Positions 39,815 through 53,504 of a stretch of 64,000 nucleotides of DNA are shown here, piece after piece. The stretch is from assembly GCA_964016885.1 (NCBI GenBank), contig OZ024764.1, forward strand, positions 18,042,001 through 18,106,000. The letters are read 5' to 3'. The notes below the pieces were generated by a model. That model saw only the letters and a list, made by a program, of their open reading frames with translations. It was not told the origin of the DNA and made no database searches. The translations under genes were made by a program, and so were the position numbers. The DNA is from Eledone cirrhosa. Its lineage: Eukaryota. How positions within the stretch are numbered: the first letter of the stretch is position 1; each line of letters opens with the position of its first letter.

Positions 39815-42800
39815 TTATCTTTTCACAGTCCAAGGTCGTTCTTTGGCTTGGATCTTGTTGAGGGCCACCATCGCCTTCTTGGGTGGCATAAGCCCATCCG
39901 CGACACCCGAGCGCTTCTTGCGTTTGCTCATGTCCATGTAGCTGTCCTCGTCTGGTACGTCCGGCTCGAAAGCCCGCGACCCCTGACGGCCTTTGTGCAT
40001 CACCACATCGTCCAAGTACTGTCTTGGTGGCTGTGGTACGGATTGACCATCTGATCCCTGACCCTGACTCTGGTTCTGGCTGCCCTTAACCAAAGGGCTC
40101 TCAATATGATTGTCAACATCGTGAGAAAACTTACAATTTTTGCTGAACCGACATTTCCCTTGTCGGAATTTCCAACAAATCTGTTTTTTTGACATTGAAT
40201 TCTTCGGTTTCTCCGTCATTTTGACGTGCTGCTGAAGAATGAACTCTTTTCGAGTTTGTTCCTCTTTGAAAGGGTTCGAAAATACTAAATGGGAGCCGTC
40301 GGCTGGCTTCGTCTCAAAGTTAGGGGTCGGGAGGTTTGTGTTGGAGGGGGTGAAAGGGTTCGGAAGGTGGTTGCCATCGTTGCTGTTGTCTCCCACTGAA
40401 TTTTCCGGGCTCTGAAGATTTGTTTGGTCCTCGTTTGGTGTTTCGTCCAAACTAGATTCTTCATCATTCGTGACGAGGTAATTCTTTCCTTGGTTTTCAT
40501 CTCTAAATAAAAGAAAAGAAATGAAAGAGTGAAACAAAAAAAGAAAAATTAACAGAACTTTGCAAAAGGTATGAATATATATATATATATATATATATGA
40601 AAGTGGCAGAAAGGATTTTAGCACAACTAATTAGAGAAAGGGTCAAACTAGATGAGATGCAGTTTGGTTTTGTGCCTGGGAAGAGTACAACAGATGCCCT
40701 CTTCTTGGTGAGACAAATGCAAGAGAGGTTCTTAGAGAAGAATAAGCCACTATACTTAGCCTTTGTTGACCTAGAGAAGGCCTTTGATAGGGTACCCCGA
40801 TCTGTCATCTGGTGGTCCCTAAGGAAGCTAGGTGTTGAGGAATGGCTTGTGAGGACAGTGCAAACTTTGTACAGAGGTACTCTCAGTAAAGTCAGGGTAG
40901 GAATGGAGTTTAGTGAGGAATTCCAGATACAAGTAGGAGTACATCAGGGTTCGGTCCTCAGCCCGCTCTTGTTCATTATAGTCCTCCAAGCCATAACAGA
41001 GGAGTTTAAGACTGGCTGTCCATGGGAACTTCTCTATGCTGACGATCTGGCTCTTATAGCAGAATCAGTAGAGGAGCTAGAGAATAAATTCCGGCTATGG
41101 AAACAGCAGTTGGAAGCAAGAGGACTGAGAGTAAATCTAGCTAAGACAAAAGTGTTGATGAGTAGAAAAGAGGACAAAACCCTGATTCCATCAGGGAAAT
41201 GGCCATGTTCGATATGTAGAAAAGGAACTGGCATAAATTCTATAAAATGCACACAATGCAGGTCCTGGGTACACAAGAGATGTAGCGGGATAGCAGGCAA
41301 ACTAACAGGTAGGGAGAAATATGTATGCAATAGATGAACAGGGAAATTAGACAGTAGAAGTCGCACTGATAGACACATTTTTCAAATGCGAGAGGGCGCT
41401 ATAGAAGTGGTGGATAGCTTCCGGTACCTAGGAGATCAGATTAGCATGGGAGGAGGGTGTTCCGAGGCCATAGTATCTAGAATAAGGACGGGTTGGAAGA
41501 AGTTTAGGGAGCTGCTTCCTCTGTTGACGAAGAAGGGTTTCTCCCTGCGTACGAAAGGCCGGTTGTATGATGCCTGTGTGAGGAGCGCGATGCTGCATGG
41601 TAGTGAGACATGGGCAGCAACCGCAGAGGATATGCGACGGCTGGAGAGAAATGAGGCAAGCATGCTCCGTTGGATGTGCAGTGTAAATGTGCGTGAACGA
41701 CCCAGCATAAATGTGTTGAGAGAGAAACTGTGTCTGAGAGGGATAGAATGTAGTGTACGGGAGAGGAGACTGAGGTGGTATGGACATGTGATGCGCATGG
41801 AGGATGACCGATGGGTGAAGAAGTGCCAGGAAATGCCAGTTGAAGGAAGACGTGGTAGAGGTAGACCACGAAAAACATGGGCGGAGGTGGTGAGAACAGA
41901 CCTCAGATCATTGAAGCTCACGGTGGAGATGACGAGGGACCGTGACGAGTGGAGAGATGCTGTGCTGAATAAGACCCGTCCCACCCTTGCAAGCAGGGAA
42001 AAGCGGACGTAAAATGATGATGATAATGATGATGATATATGTGTGTATGTTTATATGTATGTATGTGTGTGTGTGTATATATGTTTATATGTATGTGTGT
42101 GTATATATGTTTATATGTATGTATGTGTTTGTGTGTGTGTTTGTATGTGTGTGTGTGTATGTTTATATGTGTGTGTGTGTATATATATGTGTGTGTGTGT
42201 ATATGTTTATATGTGTGTGTATATATGTATGTATGTGTGTGTGTGTGTTTATATGGTCACCTAACCCAACTTCTATCAAATGGGACAAGCCTGTCTAACC
42301 CATGCTAGCACGGAAGATAGACGTTAAACGATGATGATGATGTATATATACACTGTATATGTCTGTGTGTGTATATATATATATATGAATGTAGATATAT
42401 GTATGTAGGTATGTATATGTATGCATACATGTGTTTATACATATATATATAGAGAGAGAGAGATGTAGGTCTATATATATATATAGAGAGAGAGGGATGT
42501 ATTTATATATACATATATATATATATATACAGTATATATAAGAAAACTGATATACAACTACACACATATAGATACAGAACATACATAGCTACAGACCTCA
42601 AGCCCTGCTCCACTCAGCCCCGCCCTGCTCAGTCTAGGACTCGAACTCACGGCCTTACCATTGCAGACCTGCTAACCTCTAAAAACCCAAAGTACCATGA
42701 AAGAAAGTGCCCCCTAAAACTGGGAGAAATGAGTCAAAATGGGGAGATTTTTACATAATGAAAGCTATCCCCGTTTTCACAAAAGAAATCACTTCTCACC

Positions 42801-43110
42801 CACCCTAAAGTGGGTGGGAGCCCTCCCTGTCGGACGGGGAGAGCTGACAAGTCTGTATAAGACCCGTAACCCCTAACCACCAAGGGTGTGCCTGTATTTG
42901 CGTGTAACATGATATTTACAGGGTTTAAAAGATGTCCAAGTGCCTCTAGTAGGAGCCATTAACATCTGGAGCAACAATGCCAGGGTCATAAGGCAGATGT
43001 TGGTGGGGTCACCCTTAAAATAACTCCATATATTAGATTTACCTGTGGCTAGTCTCGGATTCGATCTCGTCCTCGCTGCTTCCGCTGTAGTCGGCCACTA
43101 ACGAAGCCAT
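39815..43110 (-). CDS. Uncharacterised CCCH zinc-finger protein, about 251 aa; exons 43110-43043 and 40502-39815
   Basis: MASLVADYSGSSEDEIESETSH-R (CAG|GTAAAT donor) joins in phase 2 to TTTAG|A-GAT...; contains CWKFRQGKCRFSKNCKFSH (C-x7-C-x5-C-x3-H) and a basic C-terminus KRKKRSGVADGLMPPKKAM...ERPW. Confidence 0.85.
40598..42035 (+). mobile_element. RTE-clade LINE, young 5'-truncated copy in the intron of the CCCH gene (antisense)
   Basis: RT motifs FVDLEKAFD, QGSVLSP, LLYADD; one in-frame TGA at 41335-41337; (ATG)n tail; nearly identical to the 10.6-13.2 kb copy. Confidence 0.95.
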
Positions 43111-43165
43111 GTTGAATTATAAACATTACAACTTCCGTCAGCTTCGCACTGAAGGCGGAATTACT
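43105..43165 (-). promoter_or_regulatory. Probable proximal promoter of the CCCH gene (ETS-like and YY1-like motifs)
   Basis: Local CpG enrichment; CGGAAGT on the minus strand at about 43131-43137; AACATGGC over the start codon. Confidence 0.4.
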
Positions 43166-44204
43166 ATTTTCCCTTCTGTTGATTCGTTTATAATTTTTTA
43201 ATCTTCTCTAAATCTTAAAATAAGATATAGTTCTTTTATTTCACAGTTGTACAAAAATATAATAATATAATATATACAAATATAAGAGCATAAAAAGAAA
43301 AAATAGAAAAAAATTATTTAACCATCTCAAAACCTTAAATAAAATATATTTCTTTAATTTCAATATTTATTAGAAATCAAAGTCATCAGTACTTTTGTTT
43401 TAAAAATCGATAATAATTTCTATATCCTTCCCTTCCTCTCTATCAATCTATCTGTCTCTCTTTTTTCTCTCTTTGTATCTATGTATATCTCTCTCTAACT
43501 TTATTTGTGTATTTCTCTCTCTTTCTCTCTCTATTTGTGTATCTCTATTCTTATCTGTCTATCTACTAACGAGGTAAATGTGGTTCTAGCAGCTGATTAG
43601 CTAAAAATATTGAACCTCCCTCCATACAATTTTTTCTAATTAATATTTCATTATTTCAAAGAAATATCATAATCGATCTAAAACATCGAAATATTGTTTC
43701 AAAAAATCGATTCTTTTATAATAAGTAGATATAAATTAATAATTTAATGTCTATACCACAAAGACGAGACAAAAATGGTTTTGCAAGCTGATTGGTTAAA
43801 ATTATTTAACTTGGTGCAAGAAAAACGAAAGATTTTCTTTTAAAATCAATTTGAACTAATGAATAAATAAAAATATATTTATATATACTTGCTTATTTTA
43901 AATAGAAAGAAATAGAAATGTGTCCCTTATTTTTTTTAACCGGAATAGCTATTAATTAATGAAGAGGCTCGAAAGGAGAATTCTGAAATTAGGATTTACA
44001 CGGCCTTCTTACACCATAACAAAATCTTCATTAAATTTTGAATTTGTATAAAACTATCCATATTTCAACAAACTGCTAATAAGAATAAATGAATTGGTTT
44101 AACTGGATATCTAAATTTAAATCATTTTATTGTTGTTATCCCTCGGTAAATATTTTGTATTTCAATCGGATATTGAAGTAAAGTTCCTCTTCAAACCTCC
44201 GACA

Positions 44205-45445
44205 GAAAGAGAGAGAGGGAATTGAAAGACTAAGAGATAAAGAAAGAGAAGGCAGAGTAGGAAGACGAGAGAGCAAGTAAGTCAAGCAGAGAGGAAGAGA
44301 GAGAAAATAGATACATACATAGGCTAGAGAAGAAAACGAGAGTGTTGTATAAAGTAAAAGAGAGAAAAGGAGGGAGACACACAAAGATATGAGAGAGTAA
44401 AAGAGAGAGGGAGAGAGTAAGAGAAAGAGACAACACATTAAGAGAGAGGGGGAGATGAAGAATGACAGAAGAAAATAGACGGCGTACGGACGAGTAATAG
44501 AAATATAAAGAGTATAAGAGGGAAGGAGGAGGAGAAAAGAGACAGATACATAGATACAAAGAGAGTAAGAGTGAGATTGAAAAGAGAGACTAAGAATATA
44601 GAGAGAGTGAAAGAATGTAAATGAGAGAAAGAAAGAAAAAAAGAAACAGCAGAACGAGAGGGGGAAAGAAAGTAAAGAGAGATATAGACTGAGTAAAAGA
44701 AAAAAGAGAGAGAAGAAGATAAAGGGAGAGATAGATTGACTAATAGCTATAGAGTATGTAATACAGGATAAGGGAAAGATATAGAGATAGAGAGAGGGGT
44801 AGAGAGTCAGAAGTAGATAGAGACATAGCTGTAGAGGGAGTGATAGGAGAAGCGAGAAAGGTACTAAGATAGAGAAAGGTGTAGAGAGTTAGAAGTAGAT
44901 AGAGAGATAACTATAAAGAGAGTAATAGGAGACGAGAGAAGAGGAGTTAAGAGAAAAACATAGATATAGAGAGGGGTAGAGTCAACAGTAGACAAACACA
45001 TTGTTATAGAGGGAGTGATAGGAAAAAAGAGAAAGATACAAAGATAAAGGGAGGGGCGGAGAGTCAGAAATAGATAGACATAACTATTGAGGGAGTAATC
45101 GGAGAGAAAGAGAGATCTATAGAGAGAGGGGTATAGAATCAGTTATAGATAGATAGATAGCTATTGACGGAGTGATAGGAGAGGAGAGAAAGAGAGATCT
45201 ATAGAGAGAGGGGTAGAGAATCAATTACAGAAAGACAGATAGTTTTAGAGGGAGGGATAGGAGAAGAGAGCAGAGTAGAGAAAGACAGAGCTACAGAGAG
45301 AGGGTAGAGAATCAGTTACAGAGAGACAGATAGCTGTAGAGGGAGGGGTAGGGGAAGAGAGAAGAGGACAGGAGAGAAAGAGAGATGTATAGAGAGAGGG
45401 GTCGAGAATCAATTACAGAAAGACAGATAGTCATAGAGGGAGGGA
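44205..45445. repeat. Purine-rich (GA) low-complexity region with degenerate internal repeats
   Basis: Strong A/G strand bias; repeated AGAGAGGGGTAGAGAATCA..AGATAG..GAGGGAGTGATAGGA motifs. Confidence 0.8.
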
Positions 45446-45504
45446 GTGCCACATCTTTGACACAAGTGTTGAAGAAGAAGAAGAAGCTAAGTTTTATTTC
45501 AATA

Positions 45505-45619
45505 ATGTCGGGCAAGATTCAGCACAAGAATTCAGGAAATGTTGCCAGTATTACTGGTCAAACCATCAACGAAAAGATCCTGAAAGAGTGCCACAACCTT
45601 TATACACAACCTGACAATG
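45505..45619 (+). CDS. First coding exon of a probable EHD/dynamin-like P-loop GTPase; downstream exons not found in the window
   Basis: MSGKIQHKNSGNVASITGQTINEKILKECHNLYTQPDN-G|GTAATG. NExILxECHNLYxxPDNG resembles the recalled N-terminus of an uncharacterised animal dynamin/EHD-related GTPase family. Confidence 0.6.
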
Positions 45620-45900
45620 GTAATGTGCAGTTATATATATATTTAGGGGTATAAAAGGGTGTATATTTGGGGGTATATATGAGAGGGGTCAGATGAGAGA
45701 GGGTCAGGAATTGGCCCCAGTCTCTCATCGCTTCTCCAATTATTTTATATTTTTCTGATATTTTCAACTAATTTTTGGCAATTTCTGTAATTTTCTGTAA
45801 TTTCTGGTCCATCGAGCACTTTATTGGCATGTATGTATATATATATATATATATAAATGTGTGTGTATATATGTATAAATGTGTGTGTGTATATGTATAA

Positions 45901-45942
<42 letters not shown>

Positions 45943-46059
45943 CTATATGTATATATATATATATATATATACATCTATATGTATATATATATACACACAT
46001 TTATAAATATATATATATATAGATGTGTATATATAGGTTGGTGGTGCTACAGTCTCTAT

Positions 46060-46107
<48 letters not shown>

Positions 46108-46398
46108 ATATAAACGTATACATCTATATATATATGTCTACATCTGTATATATATGTGTATATATACACTCACACATATATATATACACACATACGATGT
46201 ATATATATAATATGGACAAGGTGTCAAATTTTCATGACATTTATTGAGGTGTGACGCGTGTTTCACGATTGATCAACTCAAGGTTCGATCTGTATCGATT
46301 GGGCCCGACTCTGGAATCCCTAAACTATATATATATATATAGATGTATACACACATACTCAATTGTGGGTGTATATATATATACCCCTCTGCCTGTGT

Positions 46399-46434
<36 letters not shown>

Positions 46435-46607
46435 AGAGCTATATATATATACCAGAGCAGGTGTATATATGTGTGTGTGTGTGTGCGGGTGTATATACAG
46501 CTGTATATATATCAGACCGGGTATATATATGTGTGTGTATACACCTATATATATACCAGACCGGGTATATACATCTCACTTCTTCACGGTATAAATTACG
46601 GAAAAGA

Positions 46608-46657
<50 letters not shown>

Positions 46658-46664
46658 ATATATA

Positions 46665-46867
46665 TATAACGAAGGAGGTGTGGTAAGGAACCAGATGGAC
46701 CATAACGCACCAGAGTACTCAATACTTCGGGTAGTAGAGTGGGTAATAGGAAAAGAGTAAGGACCCCAACGGCAGAGCTCAAGCCGTTTCGACGGCTATT
46801 TCTGGAAATATTTCAGAAATGGCTGTCGAAACGGCTTGAGCTCTGCCGTCGGGGTTTTGAACATTTT

Positions 46868-46872
<5 letters not shown>
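46665..46872. mobile_element. Short element with a terminal palindrome (Penelope-like candidate family)
   Basis: GGAACCAGATGGACCATAACGCACCAGAGTACTCAATAC... plus a hairpin at 46762-46855; homologues at 2790-2935, 48258-48375 and 54848-55045 (inverted). Confidence 0.55.
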
Positions 46873-46900
<28 letters not shown>

Positions 46901-47475
46901 CATCACAGTTAAAAAAAAACTCAGTACTTTATTTTACTATAGAAATTACTTCTACAGGACAAGAACTGTTTCATTCGTATGAAATCATCAGGTGTATATA
47001 TATTTATATCTCAATTTTTTTTATCAATACATAAAATATTAATCATATTGTCGGTATGTTTTGTCATTGTGTGTATATATATATATATATATATAGTGTG
47101 TGTGTATATGTATGCATGTAGGTGTGCGTATATTTGTAGGTGTGTGTGTATATAATGTATATATCTATATATGTAGGTGGGTGTGTACGTATGTCTGTAG
47201 GTGTGTGTATGTAATCTATATATATGTAGGTGGGTGTGGATGTATGTATGTATGTGTATATATATATGTATGTCTGTGTATATATAATCTCTCTCTATAT
47301 ATATGTATGTCTGTGTGTATATAATCTATATATATATGTATGTGTGTATATATATATATATGTATGTGTGTATATATATATATGTATGTGTGTATATATA
47401 TATATATATGTCTGTGTGTGTATATATATGTCTGTATATTATCTATGTATGTGTGTATATATATATATATATATG

Positions 47476-47508
<33 letters not shown>

Positions 47509-47554
47509 GTCTGTGTATATATATATATATATATGTCTGTGTATATTATCTATG

Positions 47555-47613
<59 letters not shown>

Positions 47614-48217
47614 GTGTGTATATATATTATCTATGTATATATATATATATATATATGTCTGTGTGTATATATATTATCTATGTATATATATATATATATA
47701 TATGTCTGTGTGTATATATATTATCTATGTATATATATATATATATATATGTCTGTGTGTATATATATTATCTATGTATATATATATATATATATATGTC
47801 TGTGTGTATATATATTATCTATGTATATATATATATATATATGTCTGTATGTGTGTGTACAGTTGTCATCTGTAAAAGTCCTCCATCAACCGGTTCCAGA
47901 TCTTTTGTCTGTCATTTAGTCAGCAGATAAGACCAGGGACACACAGACACACACGCATATATATATATATATATATACACACATACATATACATACATAC
48001 ATTCATACATACAGGCGACAGGAGGGCATGCACACACGCGCGCGCGCGCGCATGTGGTTGTATCATTGACAGTCTTCGAAAAGAAATATGTCGCATTCAC
48101 CGGATTCATTTGGGATGCTCTGAGCTCGTGTATGTATATATATATATATATATATACGAGTGTGTGTGTGTGTATATCATTATATATATATTTATATATA
48201 TCCTTCTCCACATTTTA

Positions 48218-48260
<43 letters not shown>

Positions 48261-49224
48261 CGAAGGAAGTGTGGTAAGGAACCAGGTGGACCATAACGCA
48301 CCAGAGTACTCAATACTTAGGCTAGTAGAGTGGGTAGTAGGAAAATGTTTAACCCCGACGGCAGAGCTCAAGCTGCTTGTATGTATATATATATATATAT
48401 GTGTATATATACATACACACACACCCACATATTTCTGCTCGACACGTATTGCTTTCGTCTGTCAGACTAAATGTCCAATGTTCTCTCTCTCTCTCTCATA
48501 TACACATACTCTCTCTGTCATATACACATACACTCTCTCTCTCTCTCTCTTGCACATACATATACACACTCTTCCTTTATCTCTCTTTCTCTCTCTCTCT
48601 CTTGCACACACACACTCTCTCTCACCAACATAAATATATTTTACCTTCCTATACAACAATGTTACCTTAATCTATTATTAATTAACTAATTAGCAGTGTT
48701 CCTTGTTGTAATTTAGTTGTCACCCCCCTCCATCGTCACTACTTCTACCTCCATCACCATCACTACTACTGTACACTCCCACCACTTCCTCCTCCACCAC
48801 CACTACTATCACCCCCACAACTGACACCATCACCACCACACCACCACTACACTACACACACCACCACCACCATTTCCTTCATAACTACCTCCACCCAATT
48901 CTCTCACAACCACTCTGAGCAGTTATTAATTTCCCAACTTCCTGTAATAATTTAGCAGAAAAATATTTTTAAAAAAGACAAGTTTAATTCAAATATTTAT
49001 TAATTTAAATGTTTATAGTATCTTTACAAAGATTAACTCTTTAGCATTTAAACCGGCCATATCTGGCCAGAATTCTCTCGCCTCTTTCTGTTCAAACCGG
49101 CTGTAACTGGCCACTCATACTGATGTTAAGGTATTGTTCTCAGAATAAATAATATCAAAATCTCATAGATTCAATATTATGTGGGATAAGGACTTTACTG
49201 CGAAAATATAATAGTATGTAATAT

Positions 49225-49825
49225 AATGAAAATCATTGTGTACAGTGCTCAGGTGCACTACAACTCATCAAAGGTGCATGTATAGTACACAGAATAATGT
49301 ACAAATGTGAGGAAAGTGAACAGTGTATGAGTCATGATACACACAGATACATGAGTGTTTGTGTATGGAGGGGGAATATCAGGTGTAGTGTTGGAGAACT
49401 TCAGGTAGCATGGAGGTTTTAAAGGAAGCAGTGTCTCGACAGCTAACAACTGATGCAGGTAGTTTGTTCGATGGAGGTTTTAAGGGATGCTGTGTCTCGA
49501 CAGCTAACAACTGATGCAGGGAGTTTGTTCCATGGAGGTTTTAAAGGAAGCAGTGTCTCGACAACTAACAACTGATGCAGGTAGTTTGTTCCATGGAGGT
49601 TTTAAGAGATGCAGTGTCTCGACAGCTAACAACTGATGCAGGGAGTTTGTTCCATGGAGGTTTTAAAGGATGCAGTGTCTCGACAGCTAACAACTGATGC
49701 AGGGGGTTTGTTCCATGGAGGTTTTAAGAGATGCAGTGTCTCGACAGCTAACAACTGATGCAGGGAGTTTGTTCCATGCTTCAGCAACTCTGAGCGTGAA
49801 AAAATGTTTCCGAAAGTCATGGGAA
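49225..49825 (-). mobile_element. CR1 LINE 3' fragment with an internal 61-bp tandem expansion (about 6 copies, 49410-49776)
   Basis: Reverse complement of 26960-27250; AGCTAACAACTGATGCAGG recurs every 61 bp. Confidence 0.85.
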
Positions 49826-49827
49826 CA

Positions 49828-50670
49828 TTTCTAGATTATAACAAGGCATTTGGCTCTGTATTACATTCAATATTTTGGAAAGTATTGAAAAAGATGGGCG
49901 TGAATGACAACAAACTGCAGTGAAAGTGGAGAAAGAGCTTATAGAATGGTTCCCTGTAAACAGAGGAATTCAACAGGGATGCCTGGTGTCGCATTTGGCT
50001 TTCAATCTTTACTCTGAGCAGGTGATGAGAAAGTTAGTAGATATTCTCTCCTGGATTGGGGTTACTGTTGGTGGGAAAGAGATCAACAACCTGCGGTATG
50101 TTGACTACAGAGTTTGCTCATAGCAAACTCACCAGCAAATCTACAAACACTGCTGGATAAAGTTTATAGAATGTCAAGGTAATATAGTCTGGATATCAAC
50201 ATCAAAAAGACAAAAGTAATGGCAACAACTTGACAGAAGGTAGAAACGAACATAGGGTGCCAAGGTGTGAGGCTGGAACAAGTGGAGAAGTTCAAATACC
50301 TTGTTTCAATACTTGAACAGAGGGAAGTTGGGGGAAATAAGGGCGAGATTAGCAACTGCAAGACGAGTCTTGAGCACACTCAGCAGCCTTTGGAAGGATA
50401 GAGCTCTTACAAAGTCCATCAAAAAGAAAGTAATCAAAACATTGTGGCCGGTAGCTCTGTATGGTTGTGAGTCAAGGACTTTAAAGGTGTCCAACTTGAA
50501 ACGACAGAGTGCATTTGAAATGTTATGGGACAGGTGTGTACTTAGAATTAGCTGGACAGCTCACAGAACAAATTTGACTACCCACATCCTCGAGGGAGGA
50601 ATGCAGGGGAAAAGGGCCAGTGGACGACAGAAAAGGAGATGGACAGATGATATTAAGGGACAGATATGAG
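49828..50670 (+). mobile_element. Old, decayed RTE-type LINE RT fragment (third family)
   Basis: FLDYNKAF, RGIQQGCLVS..FNLYSE, INNLRYVD, ALYGCES, LRISW, GRQKRRWTD with stops and frameshifts. Confidence 0.8.
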
Positions 50671-51189
50671 GATGGGATGAAAAGGAAGGAGTCATAGTGT
50701 TGTTTTGTAGTAATGTGGTTTCATGTGGTACAGGATATTGAGTAAATAATTGAATCGTTTAACTAGAAGAGAAAGAGAGACAGGATACAGATAGTGTGTG
50801 TGAGAGAGAGGCAGACAGATAGACGGGGATAGTAAGGCAGAGAGATAGTGAGAGAGTGTGAAAGATACAGATAGTGAGAGAGAGAGAGAGAGAGGGAGAT
50901 ACAGGCAGAGAGACTGAGAGAGAGATAGTGAGAGAGATACAGAGATAGTGAGAGAGAGAGAGAGCGAGAGCGACCCTTCCATACTTAGGAATAATAAATG
51001 TGAATTTTGGGGACTGTTGTGTCTCAGTTACCTCCCTTGCTCCACTTGAAATGTCGAGGGCTTCTGTTTTGTGATGTTTTTTTCACAGAATTTCTGTACA
51101 AACTACACCCCCCCCTCTCTCATTGATGGCTGGGTGTAGTTTAGCCCCTGGTCAAGTAGACTGACCTCTGATCAAAGATGTTCCAGCTA

Positions 51190-51745
51190 TGACCATCCTG
51201 TCTTTTATTGAGACACAGTGTACCTAGGACTACAGTATCTAATGTGTCCTGTCTTATATACAGACACAGTATACCTAGGACTACATTATCTAATGTGTCC
51301 TGTCTTGTATACAGACACAGTCTATCTAGGACTACATTATCTAATGTGTCCTGTCTTATATACAGACACAGTGTATCTAGGACTACATTATCTAATGTGT
51401 CCTGTCTTATATACAGACACAGTGTACCTAGGACTACATTATCTAATGTGTCCTGTCTTATATACAGACACAGTCTGTCTAAGACTACATTATCTAATGT
51501 GTCCTGTCTTATATACAGACACAGTGTATCTAGGACTACACTATCTAATGTGTCCTGTCTTATATATAGACACAGTGTATCTAGGACTACATTATCTAAT
51601 GTGTCCTGTCTTATATACAGACACAGTGTATCTAGGACTACATTATCTAATGTGTCCTGTCTTATATACAGACACAGTGTATCTAGTACTACACTATCTA
51701 ATGTGTCCTGTCTTTTATACAGACACAGTCTACCTAGGACTACAA
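51190..51745. repeat. 51-bp minisatellite, about 10.5 copies
   Basis: Unit GACACAGTGTATCTAGGACTACATTATCTAATGTGTCCTGTCTTATATACA. Confidence 0.95.
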
Positions 51746-52066
51746 ACACCATCCTAGCAAACCTTCTGGCTTAAGACAGACGTGAGACTCTGCTATAAAC
51801 AGATACCCTAGGGTGGCTTGCGGGTAGATTAAATGTACCCAACTAGACTGGAGCTGGATTTGAACTTAAAATGTAAATGGCAGAAACTAATACTGCAAGG
51901 TATCACATCAAATATTGTAATTCCACCACCACCACCACACACCACACCACCACCACCACACACCACCACCACACATCACCACACCACCACCACTACATTA
52001 CCACCACCACACCACCACCACCACTACATTACCACCACCACCATCATCTTTCAAGAGCCTGAAAGG

Positions 52067-52266
52067 NNNNNNNNNNNNNNNNNNNNNNNNNNNNNNNNNN
52101 NNNNNNNNNNNNNNNNNNNNNNNNNNNNNNNNNNNNNNNNNNNNNNNNNNNNNNNNNNNNNNNNNNNNNNNNNNNNNNNNNNNNNNNNNNNNNNNNNNNN
52201 NNNNNNNNNNNNNNNNNNNNNNNNNNNNNNNNNNNNNNNNNNNNNNNNNNNNNNNNNNNNNNNNNN
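52067..52266. other. Assembly gap (200 N)
   Basis: Run of N flanked by (ACC)n and (CA)n tracts. Confidence 1.
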
Positions 52267-52688
52267 ATACACACACACACACACACACACACATACATAC
52301 ACCACATACACAGACATACACACACATACATACACATACATACATACACATACATACATAGACACACACATATACACACACACACACAGACACACACACA
52401 CACACAACAGGCACACAACACACACAACAGGCACACAGACACACACAGACACACACACAACAGGCACACACACACACACAACAGGCACACACACACACAC
52501 AACAGGCACACACACACACACACACAACAGGCACACAGACACACACACACACACACAACAGGCACACACACACACACACACAACAGGCACACAGACACAC
52601 ACACACACACACAGACACACACACACACACACAGACACTGACACACACACACAGGCACACTGACACACTCACACACACACACACACAG

Positions 52689-52720
<32 letters not shown>

Positions 52721-53504
52721 CAGGCACACATACACACACAGGCACAGACACAGCCAGCCACACACACACAGAAACACAGGCACACACACACACAGACAGC
52801 TACATACCCACAAACACATACACAGAAACACAGCCTCTCGCTCACGAACACACAGACACAAACACTGCCAGCCACACAAAATGTATTTGATAATATATTC
52901 ATTCATTCCTTAAAGACAGACAGACAGACGGACTGACAGACGGACTGACTGACGGACTGACAGACGGACTGACAGACGGACAGACAGACAGACGGACTGA
53001 CAGACGGACTGACGGACAGACAGACAGACAGGCAGGCAGGCAGACAGATGGACTGACAGGACGGACAGTGTGTTGGCTAATGTATTCATTCTAATTCTGA
53101 TATTCTTCATTGTTCAGCCTTCAATGTCAACACATACAGATTATATATATGTGTGTGTGTATATATACACATACAGATTATATATGTGTGTGTGTATATA
53201 TACACATACAGATTATAATATGTGTGTGTGTGTATATATATACATACGGATTATATATATATATTTATTTATTTAATATAGAAAGGCTTCTACAGGACTA
53301 GAACTGTTTCATTCAAAGGAAATCATTAGGAAAGCCATTTCTATATTTAATTTGTTGTGTACACTCTACTAATGTATTGAGTACCTTACTTACTGTGGTT
53401 ACCCAAGATTGAACCCAGGACTCGTGTGTGTGTGTATATATATATACGACCATCTTATGACAAGACATTGAGTCTTCGTTCTATGTCCAACACTACATTG
53501 TCAA

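Noticed and set aside
41335-41337. Selenocysteine or read-through TGA in the RTE ORF
   Set aside because: The sister copy has TGT (Cys) here, so it is a simple nonsense substitution.
46945-46995. Hammerhead-like CTGATGA..GAAAC on the minus strand (also about 53290-53335, 33600-33640, 6947, 22192, 22835)
   Set aside because: Stem I does not close or the core is incomplete; possibly decayed relatives, but not supportable individually.
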